From Macrostomum lignano (taxonomy: Eukaryota): a stretch of DNA of 64,000 bases. Numbering within the stretch: position 1 is the first letter of the stretch; each line of letters opens with the position of its first letter. Below are positions 41,801 to 60,409 of this stretch, in pieces. The stretch lies in assembly GCA_002269645.1 (NCBI GenBank), contig NIVC01001237.1, positions 186,001 to 250,000 of the forward strand, read 5' to 3'. Below the pieces are notes generated by a model, which had not been told where the DNA came from, made no database searches, and saw only the letters and a program-made list of their open reading frames with translations. The translations under genes were made by a program, and so were the position numbers.

Positions 41801-44800
41801 GCGCCCGAAGGTTCAGGAGTAAAGCGCCTGAAGGTTCAGGAGTAAAGCGCCTGAAGGTTCAGGAGTAAAGCGCCGGAAGGTTCAGGAGTAAAGCGCCTGA
41901 AGGTTCAGGAGTAAAGCGCCTGAAGGTTCAGGAGTAAAGCGCCTGAAGGTTCAGGAGTAAAGCGCCTGAAGGTTCAGGAGTAAAGCGCCGGAAGGTTTAG
42001 GAGTGAAGGCTCTGAAAGTTTAGAAACAACTTAGTTACGGTTGTGAAATACGGAATTTTCCTTATAAAAATATGGTTATTTTTAGTATAAAAAGCTCTTT
42101 ACCCCTCTGGAGTAGATAAAATCCTCTTTTATCGGATCATAAGTTAAAAATTTCAGCAATTTTTTTTAATATTTGCAATCTGACATGAAATTTCTAGCAG
42201 ACATTGCCTACCACTTGAATCAAGCATGGTATTGAGTCGAAAAATTAATGTGTACACAGTCACTAGCGGTAGGATTTTGTTGTAACAGCAGGCATTTCAC
42301 CCTAACCCAGGATTAATAATTTTGTAGATCGATAATTTCTGCAACGTAGCTGATTTTTTATTACTAGCTAACTGATTGTAAAATGTTTTTTATATTTTTG
42401 CTTTGCCAGGTAATTCAAGTTCTTAGCAGTTCGGCAGTCGCTTTTCTGTTAATTTTTATATGTCCTTTTTGGTTTCATTGTCACTCACTCATGCCCCTCC
42501 TGCGTCCTTTTCATGCCCCCTGTGTCCCCCATGCCCCCTGTGTCCCCCATGCCCCTTTGTGTCCCCCATGCCCCCTGTGTCCCCCATGCCCCCTGTGTCC
42601 CCCATGCCCCTGTGTCCCCCATGCCCCCTGTATCCCCCATGCCCCCTGTGTCCCCCATGCCCCTGTGTCCCCCATGCCCCCTGTGTCCCCCATGTCCCTT
42701 GTGTCCTCCATGCCCCTGTGTCCCCCATGTCCCTTGTGTCCTCCATGCCCCTGTGTCCCTGTACAGTACACTTCGTATGGCTGCGTACGTATCTGCGCTC
42801 TTGTGTGCCTGCTCAGGGGAGTCGGCGAAATGGGCAGTCAGTAATGCCTCTAGCCGGTTGTGTGACAATGTCGCTTAAAGTGCGCCCAAGCACGCCTGTC
42901 AATCAAACCAAATCTGTCAATAACGCCTTGTACATCAGCAGCCAGCCAGCGGCGACTCCCAGGCTGCCAACGAAGCCAAGGACTGCGCTGACGTCGCCGC
43001 CGTGGAAATCGACGTCGCCGCGTCCTCCTCGGCGGAGGAATACGACGATGACAACGACAGCTACGACGACATCACGGCTGATGACGTGGCAGCGGCCGCC
43101 GCCTCCGCCGCCGCAACGGCGTCCGACTGCAGTCACCCGGACTATTATCGGGGCCTTCTGGCTGCCATGAGCGCCACCCCGACGACAGTGGCCGATTCAA
43201 AAGAATCCGCCAATGTCGCCGCCGTTCTGCCGACTCGTTCCGACCTGCCTTTGCCGCGTCGCCTATCGACATCGTCGCCGTCGTCGGCTCGACGTCGATG
43301 GCTGCTGAACCATCGCCGGCTTCGACATGTTGTCGCCGCGCTGCCCAGCCGAGCGGAAGGACTTGACCTGCGGCTGGTGCACTCGGCTCGTCGGGACGGC
43401 TTCTCGTTGAAGTCGGCCTATCGAGCTTGTCGACTGACAGCGACAGAGAGCTGCATGGGCGCCCGGGAGCCCTACTGCCTGTTGCTAGTGGCAACCGTGA
43501 CTGAGCGCCTGTTTGGCGCTTTTCTATCGGCGGAGCTGCGCGTGTCCGAACGACGCTACTATGGAACTGGAGAGACGTTCGTGTTCCGCTGGGAGAGGCC
43601 CGAGTGGTGAGGAGAAGTGCAATGTATTACAATTATTGGCTGGCGTGTCGCTAATTTATTTCATTGCTTTTATGTAGACTCCAATCCATAACTTCCCATC
43701 CTATGGATTCCCATCCCATAGACTCCCATCCCATAGACTCCCATCCCATAGACTCCCATCCCATAGACTCCCAGCCCATAGACTCCCATCCCATAGACTC
43801 CCATCCCATAGACTCCCATCCCATAGACTCCCAACCCATAGACTCCCATCCCATAGACTCCCATCCCGTAGATTCCCATCCCATAGATTCCCATCCCGTA
43901 GATTCCCATCCCATAGACTCCCATCCCGTAGATTCCCAACCCATAGACTCCCATCCCGTAGATTCCCAACCCATAGACTCCCATCCCATAGATTCCCATC
44001 CCATAGACTCATCTCATAGATTCCCATCCCATGTATTCCCATCCCATAGACTCATCTCATAGATTCCCATCCCATAGATTCCCATCCCATAGACTCATCT
44101 CATAGATTCCCATCTCATGGATTCCCATCCCATAGACTCATCCCATAGATTCCCATCCCATAGACTCATCCTATAGATTCCCATCCATAGATTCTCATCT
44201 ATAGATTGCCATCCTATAGATTCCCAACCCATAGACTCCCATCCCACAGACTCCCATCACATAGATTCCCATCCCACAGACTCCCATCCCACAGACTCCC
44301 ATCCCATAGATTCCCATCTCATAGATTCCCATCCCATAGATTCCCATCACATAGATTCCCATCCCATAGACTCCCATCCATAGGTTCTAATCCCATAGAC
44401 TCTCATCTCATAGATTCCCATCTGGTAGATTGTCATTGAATTCCATCTCGCTGATTCCCCAACAGTTCGACAGCCTTAGAAATCCTACTTTCTTACCCTA
44501 GCTTGGGCATTGCATTCGCTCATACGTGTGTTACATCACATGTTGTCTCTACGTCGCCCAAGTGACAACTTCGTAAATTATTTTCAGCAAACAGTCACAT
44601 GGCCAAGGTCAACTTGCCGGCGAAGCAAGTTCAGATAATTCAGAAAGCGACAAAGACTCAAACGATGGCTCAGCCGAGTGCGAAGCAGACAAAGACTTCT
44701 ATCAATACGCTTGGACGGGCGAGAACATGTTCTTTATGCGTGGCGATCTGGACCACTTCGCCATTGGCAGCTCCGGCGGTCGTTGCGCAATCTGGCTAGA

Positions 44801-44936
44801 CGCCGATCTTTGCCGTGGCCGCTCGCAGCCTTGCGAGACCTTCAATAGTCCGGTGCTGTGCGGCGACTCTACTGAAGAAGATTTTCTAGTGCGCGATTTA
44901 GAAATCTGGGCCTTTGTAGACCCGACTGGGGAATAG
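38893..44936 (+). CDS. OXR1: OXR1/NCOA7/mustard-like LysM-GRAM-TLDc protein, 4 coding exons, ~584 aa
   Basis: Exons 38893-38928, 39843-40544, 42939(or 42942)-43606, 44588-44936 (1755 nt, in frame). LysM YQ|VTDSDTLNSVAARFDTTP, GRAM GCLLVTPNSLLFQP..DPLV, TLDc LVHSARRDGFSLKSAY, FGAFLS...YYGTGETFVF, WTGENMFFM...IWLDADL...FNS...DLEIWAF. Confidence 0.93.
38959..39774. mobile_element. hAT-like non-autonomous element carrying an internal CT/GA-rich simple repeat (OXR1 intron 1)
   Basis: TIR CAGGGGTTGGAAAACT / AGTTTGCCAACCCCT; flanks TTATGCAC / TTATACAC (7/8, TSD-like); ~660 bp CT-rich core. Confidence 0.75.
40640..42010. repeat. Two related 23-bp arrays in OXR1 intron 2 (TGAATGTTCAGGAGTGAAGGGAC grading into GAAGGTTCAGGAGTAAAGCGCCT)
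   Basis: Direct inspection; the variant switch is near 41370. Confidence 0.93.
42490..42760. repeat. 18-bp minisatellite (TGTCCCCCATGCCCCCTG)n
   Basis: Direct inspection. Confidence 0.9.
43675..44420. repeat. 15-bp minisatellite (CCCATCCCATAGACT)n in OXR1 intron 3
   Basis: Direct inspection; gives DSHPI/MGWES junk ORFs. Confidence 0.95.
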
Positions 44937-45094
44937 ACGGAGGAAGGCTGTAGGCCACGAGTGTACAATCAGGTTATTCTTATAATTTTAATATGGCATA
45001 GCAGGTGTCAGAAAGTTACAGATTGTTACCTTAACTATTTTTGTATTTTAGATTAGCTACAGTGCCCTTCTTTGGGTGGGGACATCCTTGGTCA

Positions 45095-45392
45095 TTATGC
45101 CATTTTAGTATATTAGACTAGTAATAGTCCCCCCTCCGGGTGAAGAGGGCTGACTAGCATCTTCAGTCATGATGCCATTTTAGTATATTAGACTAGAGTA
45201 GTGCCCCCCTCCGGGTGAAGAGGGCTGACTAGCATCTTCAGTCATGATGCCATTTTAGTATATTAGACTAGAGTAGTGCCCCCCTCCGGGTGAAGAGGGC
45301 TGACTAGCATCTTCAGTCATGATGCCATTTTAGTATATTAGACTAGAGTAGTGCCCCCCTCCGGGTGAAGCGGGCTGACTAGCATCTTCAGT
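45095..45392. repeat. 75-bp tandem repeat, ~4 copies, downstream of the OXR1 stop
   Basis: TAGTATATTAGACT recurs at 45181 and 45256; near-identical copies. Confidence 0.9.
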
Positions 45393-46399
45393 TCTTTCCA
45401 ATTAAACACGATAACGTTTACTATGTAAGTAGACTAGCTACATCCAGGTTAACTACCACCTTTATTTGTTTTATTTTGGGAAAAAACAAAATTCTAAATT
45501 GATTAAAACGCAATTCATTGAAACATTCTTCTAATGTTTTGTATCAGATTTTTTCTATTATAGTTTATAAGCTATATCATACTAATATTTTCGATCGCAT
45601 TCACAAAATCATTGTTTGTACATTTTCGGTTTTTTTGTCAAATTGTCTCATGGCCATTAAAAAGCAGGTAGGTAGAGAATCGCATGCCATTCTCTCACAC
45701 CAGTAGGTTTTCGCTTTATATAAAGAAAGCAATTTATTTTTTGCCTAGTCTTATAAGCTTTTTTGTACACAGTTTATTTCTGACATTGAGGTTTTTGAAT
45801 CTTTTGCCTCGACTTCTTTTATAGTTTATTTTTTAGCTTAAGTTGTTGAGCTACTGCTTCTGTTTTTAAATAATTAGCTATGAAAGTTTCATTTGAAAAT
45901 GATAAGCTTTAATTTCTTATTAGCCACTTAGTTGACATATTTTTATCTAATTTCTCTTCAACGGCAACGCTCGGTCCAATCCATTGATGTGCAATCCATT
46001 TAATTTTTCCTGGTTTACCATTATTTTTTAAAACAATTTTTTCCGTCAGTAGCCCCGGCTACAATATTATAATACAGCAATCATTCTCGGGCATTGCAGT
46101 TTTGTTTTAATTGTTGGCATTGTTCATTTTGTCATTGATACATATTCATAGTGTATAGCTTTAGTATGTGATAATAAAAATGGCTAATATACTTTGAGAA
46201 TAAAAAGCATATATCATTATATTAATTTTTCGATTAAGTCTTTGCTTAATCGCTGACTAACTGGGCATCGAAGCTTCAAGTGTTTCTGCTTAATTTCTGC
46301 ATCGTTGGGGATTCTGGTGACTTTTCAACGACTCAAACGACTGTCCTTACGACGGAGAGGCGACTGCTGAGTCGCGGGCGCATCACTAGAGTTGCCGAA

Positions 46400-46826
46400 T
46401 CGAAAGAGTCGTGAAAGAGAGTCATCCAAAAGAGTCGTGAAAGAGAGTCATCCAAAAGAGTCGTGAAAGAGAGTAATCCAAAAGAGTCGTGAAAGAGAGT
46501 CATCCAAAAGAGTCGTGAAAGAGAGTCATCCAAAAGAGTCGTGAAAGAGAGTCATCCAAAAGAGTCGTGAAAGAGAGTCATCCAAAAGAGTCGTGAAAGA
46601 GAGTCATCCAAAAGAGTCGTGAAAGAGAGTCATCCAAAAGAGTCGTGAAAGAGAGTCATCCAAAAGAGTCGTGAAAGAGAGTCATCCAAAAGAGTCGTGA
46701 AAGAGAGTCATCCAAAAGAGTCGTGAAAGAGAGTCATCCAAAAGAGTCGTGAAAGAGAGTCACCCAAAAGAGTCGTGAAAGAGAGTCACCCAAAAGAGTC
46801 GTGAAAGAGAGTCATCCAAGAGTCGT
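46400..46826. repeat. 26-bp minisatellite (AAAGAGTCGTGAAAGAGAGTCATCCA)n, ~16 copies
   Basis: Direct inspection; on the minus strand it is flanked by donor AAG|GTACGC (46838) and acceptor CTCTAG| (46386). Confidence 0.95.
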
Positions 46827-47100
46827 GTTAGGGCGTACCTTCTACTAACTTGAGTAGACTAAATAGATTTAGCAAGACAATAAAATGCCCGAAATGGATT
46901 TTTTCATTGAAGCCTGGTAAACAAATTTGGCTGTGCAGAAAAAAATTACTCTACCGTGTAAATTAAAAGAAATAAAAAAAACATTGCTTGAGAAACAGTT
47001 AAAGAGTACAAGTGCCATTGCAGGAACCATAAACAATGTATCAAACAGATCTGTTTTGACTATAAGACCTCAAATTGCTACTCAATACTCAAATAGAGTT

Positions 47101-50100
47101 TTAGTAGTCATTAGAGCATTTTTCTCTGCAAAATTCTTCAATCATCAACTGGTATGGAGGTAGAATCGGTTTCGATTCTCTATTTATACTACTGTCCACT
47201 GCAGCCTGGCCAGTGGCAGTAGTAGTATAATTAGCACCTGAATCGCGATCTTTTAGCCACTGTTCGTAGGCGTTTAGATCCGGATCCACGGGGCCTCTGC
47301 GCCTGCCGATAATGGTTGAACCGCTGGGAGGTACAGCTGATGCTGCAGTCACTGATTCATCAACCTGATTGACAGGCTGAATATCGCTTAGTTTTGTGGC
47401 CGCGGCTTCGATTAGCTGGTTTAGCACGAGCTCAGGCTGACGCCGCTGCTGCTGCTGCTGCTCGCGAGGACGCGTTTGAGCTTGACGCGTTGGCTGCTTC
47501 TGCTGCTGAGATCTCTTTTTGGTGTCGCTGAAACAGGGGCAAATGAAAAGTACTTATGGACTTTTATCTCAGGTCATCGTTGAATGAAAATGAAGTGACA
47601 GTTTCTGTGGAAATGGAGTGTGGCAGCTTCTGCGGAAATGGAGTGTGGCAGTTTCTGCGGAAATGGAGTGTGGCAGTTTCTGCGCAAATGGAGTGTGGCA
47701 GTTTCTGTAGAAATTGAGTGTGGCAGTTTCTGCGGAAATGGAGTGTGGCAGTTTCTGCGGAAATGAATTGGCAGTTTCTGCGGAAATGGAGTGTGGCAGT
47801 TTCTGTAGAAATTGAGTGTGGCAGTTTCTGCGGAAATAGGCTGGAAGCAGTTTTATGAAATCGAGTGGAAGCAAATTCTAAAGAAATGGATTAGCATTAA
47901 CAAAGTAACCAACCTCGCTGCAACCGCGGTGGCACCTTTGGTCATAGGATTGTGTGCGGTCTTTTGTAAACTTGACTGAGTCTTTTCACTACGGGACCGG
48001 CCGAATCCCACGCTCGAAATCTGGGTTGGCTCCCTGCATGAAGAGAATTAGTATAGGGGTTGTATGCATGAGTTGATAATGCATTTATCTCCATTTATCG
48101 ACACAAGAATATATTCTAGCAGACTCCGATCCCATAGCCTCCCATCCCACAGACTCCCATCCCACAGACTCCCATCCCACAGACTCCCATCCCACAGACT
48201 CCCTTCCCACAGACTCCCATCCCACAGACTCCCATCCCACAGACTCCCATCCCACAGACTCCCATCCCACAGACTCCCATCCCACAGACTCTCATCACAC
48301 AGACTCCCATCCCACAGACTCCCATCCCATAGACTCCCATCCCACAGACTCCCATCCCACAGACTCTCATCCCACAGACTCCCATCCCACAGACTCCCAT
48401 CCCACAGACTCCCATCCCACAGACTCCCATCCCACAGACTCCCATCCCACAGACTCCAATCCCATAGACTCCTATCCCATAGACTCCCATCCCGTAGACT
48501 CCCATCCCGTAGACTGCCATCCCATAGACTCCCATCCCATATAGACTCCCATCCCATATAGACTGCCATCCCATATAGACTGCCATCCCATATAGACTGC
48601 CATCCCATATAGACTGCCATCCCATAGATTCCCAAGTACGATCGGAGCTGCTAAATTTTCTTTAAGGTAACGCTACTGAACTCAGATCTATAGTAGTATA
48701 GCAGCGTATTTCCCAGCTGCCCATTCGGATGGAGAAGTAATCGTTTAATATTAAATTAAATCAGATTTTAGTAGGAGAGCGAAGTCATCCCCTTCCTCTT
48801 CCTCATCCCTCCCTTCACTCCCTTCTCTCCCTCATCTCCATTTTCTTCCTTATCTTTCCCTCATCTTATCATCAGCGAGATAGCTACCACTTTATTTATC
48901 GTTAGGCATGTAGGCATTTATCGTTGGACGTTAACTGCCGAGCAGACCCACAGATACTAGAATAACTAGATGGGCCACTCAGCACATTTGCGTGTAAGCT
49001 ACTTTGAATTCAGTAGTAAGTATAATAGAAGCATTTTAATGCACTGTTAAAGCCAAGGCTCATTTATTGGCTCTTTCCCCCTCAGCTTAAAGTAAACCCT
49101 CCAAGAGCATCTTTCCACACTATCTCCCCGCCCCACTCCAATTTTTATTGCCTTTCTCGGAATTCCAGCCTAAAGCTGCCATGTACATTTCAGTGGACTG
49201 GCTAATGTACATTATTGCTAAACCAATTAGCAAGGTTGTTTACGCCTGCAAGCTTGGGACTTCTAAACTTATCAAAGTCGTTTCAGCTGCCGTTATTTTT
49301 ATAAAATAGCTTTTGCATTCTTCTTTGCTACTGAACTGAAAGTAGAAAGCTGTTTTACTAAGTATATATGCCTGAGTGGCCCATTTAGTTATTCTAGTAT
49401 CTGTGAGCAGAGCCAAGCCGAGATTCCAATTCAGCCCCAAATTAATGCGACTGCACTTGGAATCGAGCCTGGGTCGCTGGCACATCAGAGCATCGCGCTA
49501 GACGTTCCTGCTGGATTGATATACCTTCCTACCTGTCTTTAATTTCATCGCTAGCTGCTGAACTGACGGCTGTACCGCCTACTGTCTCCTGAGCTTCTAC
49601 TAGCAGTCCAGGATCGTCCTTGGAGTTGCTAGCGGCGCTGGACTGGTTACTTCTGCTGGCGTAAACTCGCTTCTCCCAGCGGTGCATGAACAGGCGGCGT
49701 TCGCAGGCTTTGTGACCGGCGGCTGCGGCCAAATCGTGGGCAGTTTTGCCAGCCATCGCCAGCTTGTTGTTGCCAGGTGCCTGACTGCCGACGCCCGAGT
49801 CCGTGAGGTCGGTGTTTGCGCCTGCGGTAATGGTGGTGGTGGGTGGGGATGATCAAATCCTATTTGTTTGTTACAATTGTTTATTTCAGGGGTCGGCAAA
49901 CGTTTTTACATTGAGGGCCAGACACAGAGAACCCAGCACATGACTGCGGGCCTGAGGAGAGGAGAAAAGAGATGAAACAGAGATGAGACATAGGAGAAAT
50001 GAGAAACAAGGGAATAAAGAAGAGAGGAGAAGAGAGATAAAGTAGGAGGGGAGAAAGAAGAAAATGGAGAGGATAAAGGAGAGGAGAGAAGGGAGAGGAG

Positions 50101-50177
50101 AGAAAAGAAGAGGAGAGGAAAGGAAAGGGGAGGAGAGGAAAGGAGGGAGGAGAAGAGGAGAGAAAAGGAGAGGAAAG

Positions 50178-50225
<48 letters not shown>

Positions 50226-53200
50226 AGAGAGAGAGTGAAAGAGAGAGTGAGAGAGAGAGAGAGAGAGAGATTAGAGAGAAGAGAGCTGAAAAGAGACACA
50301 AACCTTGAGCGGGCCGGATTGCTATTGTGAAGTTTCAAAGAACCCGGGCCGGATACAGAGACTTTTGAGAGAGACACGAGAGATAGGGAGAGACAGGGAA
50401 GAGCCAGCGAGAGAGAGAGAGGGAGAGAGACAGGGAGAGAGACAGGGGAGAGACAGGGGAGAGACAGAGAAGAGACACGGAGAGAGACATGGAGAGAGAC
50501 AGGGAGAGAGACAGGGGAGAGACAGGGGAGAGACAGAGAAGAGACACGGAGAGAGACATGGAGAGACACGGAGAGAGACAGGGAGAGACGGGGAAGAGCC
50601 ATCGAGAGAGAGAGGGAGAGAGGCAGGGAGAGAGGCAGGGAGAGAGATAGGGGAGAGACAGGGGAGAGACAGGAGAGAGACAGGGAGAGACACTGAGAGA
50701 GACAGGGGGAGACGGGGAAGAGCCAGCGAGAGAGAGAGGGAGAGAGGCAGGGAGAGAGGCAGGGAGAGAGACAGGGAGAGAGAGGGAGACAGGGGAGAGA
50801 CAGGGAGCGTCTCTGTCTCTCTCTGTCTCTCTCTGCCAGCGAGAGAGACAGGGAGAGAGAGACAGGTAAAGAGACAGAGGAGAGACAGAGAGAAGAGAAG
50901 TAACGGAGACCTTGACACTTCCCATTTCTGCCCGAAAGATAGGATAATTGATCATAAATGTTTTGGAATTAGTTTTTTTCATCGCTGAAACTTATAATAA
51001 GAGAAAGCTCAAACAGTAGACATTCAAATGAAAGTACCTTAGGTAGCATCATTATGCAAGCTAAATATTTAGTTTTAGCATTTATGATTTTAAATAAGGT
51101 TAAGACTTCAGACTTACCGTTCTCCAGCAGTAGGTCGACAATGTCGCAGTTGTCTACGGCGGCTGCCACGTGCAGAGGCGTCCTTCCGGCTCCTGTCTGA
51201 CAATTGACGTTTGCACCTGTCAATCATGCAGTTTGACAGCTGTGTAGGTAGCAGGTGAAGTATTGTCAACTAAATAATTTAATAACGTCACCTACAGGTG
51301 ATGTCGGTTTTCGGTGCAGAATGCTTTACGAACTAGTTGGGAATTTTATTTTTTTAATAACTCTTCCAATGTTTATAACTCTACGACCTTGTCATAATTG
51401 ACTTTGTCTATGGTAAAACTACACTCGATTATCTTAGAAATAGACCTAGAGGCCCGTAAGAAGTTCCCAAAGAGTATTGAGGTCGCCTAGTATAGAGTGC
51501 CAATAAGGATGAAAATCTGAAGCCGGTTTTTAGAATCCACCCACCCCCTCCGGTCACCAAGCTTTTTAGTCTATGGCACAAGTTGTGTATCGACGACGGC
51601 AACTGAGTCTGAGCGATGTTGTCTTGCTTATTTGATGCATGCATTTTCTAAGTGTGAAATGTCTTATATTTCTGAGCATCGGCTTTCTACACCATTCTAG
51701 CCACAACTTGTGCCATAGACTAAAAAGCTTGGTGACCGGAGGGGGTGGGTGGATTCTAAAAATCGGCTTCAGATTTTCATCCTTATTGGCACTCTATACT
51801 AGGCGACCTCAATACTCTTTGGAAGTTCCACTTCCAGACAACCGGAATAGTCATTGTCATAGTGCCCTTCTCTTCTCCCTAGCCACTTCCTAAATTCTTT
51901 TCTACTAATGTCTATGACCTTCTTTATGAAAATATTTCTATGGTGCTGAAGTGAGGGCTTCGCCCCCACATCCCTAACCCATTGTTACTGGCTTAATTTG
52001 CATGGGTTTCGGCCATAGACTAGAGACTAGACTTTGAAGCTTGAATTTTCTATGTTATGTATCATTAAATTAAAATCTACTAGTTAGGATTAACTTGAGG
52101 AAAAGATTTTTATTTATTTAGTTTCTTTAAGTCCGCACCCACCACTCTGCAAGAGTCGCCGGGCCAGTTCGTAGTAGCCTCGATGGCAAGCGATGAACAG
52201 CACTACTGTGGCCCGATGCTCAAGCCAGTCGCGCCTCTGCCTCGGCAGCATGTACTCCGAGGTGGCCGTTTGAAATTCTGAGTCCTTCGTAACGCCCATT
52301 GAGAATAGCTGCATTTGAGACAAATAAAAACTTACTTAATTCAAACAAAATAAGTTTGTTTAACTTCTGTATCGTCAACTGCTTAAGTAAAGTAGCTAGC
52401 AAGCAGATTTGTTGAAATTGTTTTTGATAGATTGTTTAATAATAAAATATTTTTTCTTCCTAAATTTAATCTACCAGTACAGCTTACTTAAAGTAGATTG
52501 CTTTTTGCATTGCATGTTAATAATAATTAGCCAACAATTATATACATGGACTTTTAATGAAAATGCATTAAGTGTGAGATGTTAAAATGTAATTAAATTT
52601 AATTTTAAAAAGCCACTTGATAAATATAATTTGTTAGCAATTGTTTTTTTTAATTTACTATATGTAGTCATGTTTTGTATAATTAACATTCAGTTGCAAA
52701 GTTAAGTATTAGTCATGTTAAGTAAGTATTAAAATTTCATTGCTTGAAGCGTTCAGCATATGTTACCTGTATAGAAACTTAACTCCAGGAACATTTAATT
52801 CACATGTTCTTGTGCTAAAAGTGTTTGTAAATTGTATTGAGAAAGAAGTATGTTTGACAATATACCTGAGATTTTACAATGTATATTATACATTCATCAT
52901 ATATATATGCTCTAACAGTATGAGCAAGCAATTGCTGTCATTAAGAATAAAACTTTAACTCACCAACTCAATATTATTTGCGCAGCTTGCACTGACGAGA
53001 TCCTTCCAAGTGTGCCATAAGTTTAGATGTAAGATTGCATTAGGAACAATATCGATGTTCTTAATTAGCTCGCAATCAGATAGTACTCCTGAAACAATTA
53101 GCGACAAAAAATGTTTTTTTCAGGTAGAAAAATATATATTTCGTTTATTCTATGGACTGGGCAAGCACTAAGAAATTTCACGATATTTCTTTTAGTCTAG

Positions 53201-53493
53201 AATAAAAAGTATAGCTATTGATCTAATTGAACCAAAGACTTTATGTCATGATATGAAAAATTTGAAAAATAGCAATAAAGTCTCCGATCGTTATTACCAG
53301 CATCCAAATAGGAAAGCTGTTGTAGTTCAGCCGGAATTCCAGTAACTAATTCTATGTGACTCTTCAGATATCTAATGGAAGATTGGATCGAAATTTTTCC
53401 AAGGCTAAACGTTTCTTCTAAAAGCAGAAAATTAACGCACAATGGAATTTTGAGAATCTTTCCTTTTTGATTATGTACTGTTAACCGAGGCAT
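47101..53493 (-). CDS. ANKRD60: ANKRD60-like ubiquitin-like plus ankyrin-repeat protein; possible alternative C-terminus extending to 46333
   Basis: Exons 53493-53298, 53088-52964, 52308-52143, 51216-51118, 49821-49533, 48033-47914, 47527-47101 join in frame with GT-AG ends. GIPAELQQLSYLDAG|VL, LWHTWKDLV, MGVTKDSEFQTATSE...HRATVVLFIACHRGY, GRTPLHVAAA and GHKACERRLF resemble ANKRD60 as I recall it. The two 3' exons are low-complexity and less certain. Confidence 0.82.
47595..47837. repeat. 25-bp minisatellite (GTTTCTGCGGAAATGGAGTGTGGCA)n
   Basis: Direct inspection; inside ANKRD60 intron 47528-47913. Confidence 0.92.
48120..48625. repeat. 15-bp minisatellite (CCCATCCCA(C/T)AGACT)n, same family as 43675-44420
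   Basis: Direct inspection. Confidence 0.95.
49887..50900. mobile_element. Second copy of the GA-core hAT-like element (opposite orientation, one end not found) plus extended GA-rich repeats, ANKRD60 intron 4
   Basis: Begins CAGGGGTCGGCAAACG. 50309-50339 (CGGGCCGGATTGCTATTGTGAAGTTTCAAAG) is the exact reverse complement of sequence at ~39030-39060. Confidence 0.65.
51468..51821. mobile_element. 354-bp foldback element with 120-bp inverted arms and an 8-bp TSD (P- or hAT-like CA...TG ends)
   Basis: Arms 51468-51587 and 51702-51821 are reverse complements with one mismatch; 114-bp spacer; GAAGTTCC directly repeated at 51460-67 and 51822-29. Confidence 0.9.
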
Positions 53494-54039
53494 ATAGGTA
53501 GCCGGAGAAAAAAGCAAATAGAGAAACTTTTTATTGATACAGTTCGACCAAGGTTTGCTGTTCATAAATGAAAAATGATGCGATTTTTTAAGTCAAGAAA
53601 ATGCGACAATAGATACGAAAAAGAACATACAGATTAAGCAGAAATTATCACGTAACTTTTAAGAATAATGTTTTAAGGTACAGAAGCAACTAGTTCTAAA
53701 ATACTTCTCTCGTCTTTAATTTTAAAAAAAAACTAAAAATGTTATAAACGTAGGTTTTCAACAAAATCGCGCTGTTTTAACTTGGCTTGTTTTATACGAA
53801 ATCAATATACACCGGGCCACACCAGTGTCCCTGCAGGCGCACAAACTTTAAAATTGTATACGTATACCACCCACATCATGACCTTGAACTATCTGAACAC
53901 TAGGAAATGAAGGCTACGAAGATTTGGGTACATAAAAAATTATAAATACTTAAACAGGGTGTCAGAACTTGTTTACAGTGCTTATCGTTTTTATGTTGAA
54001 ATCATTAAGCTATCTATGTCTTGAGTGATATTTCGAAAG
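53494..54039. promoter_or_regulatory. Probable bidirectional promoter between ANKRD60-like (-) and NAGPA (+)
   Basis: Divergent ATGs only 546 bp apart, with a local GC/CpG patch near 53810-53840. Confidence 0.55.
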
Positions 54040-60335
<6,296 letters not shown>

Positions 60336-60409
60336 CACTGCCTGACAGGTCTGGCTTCAGTTTGAGTTTAGTTTGACCTGCTGCATCTGACCTATGACAC
60401 TGCAATGGC

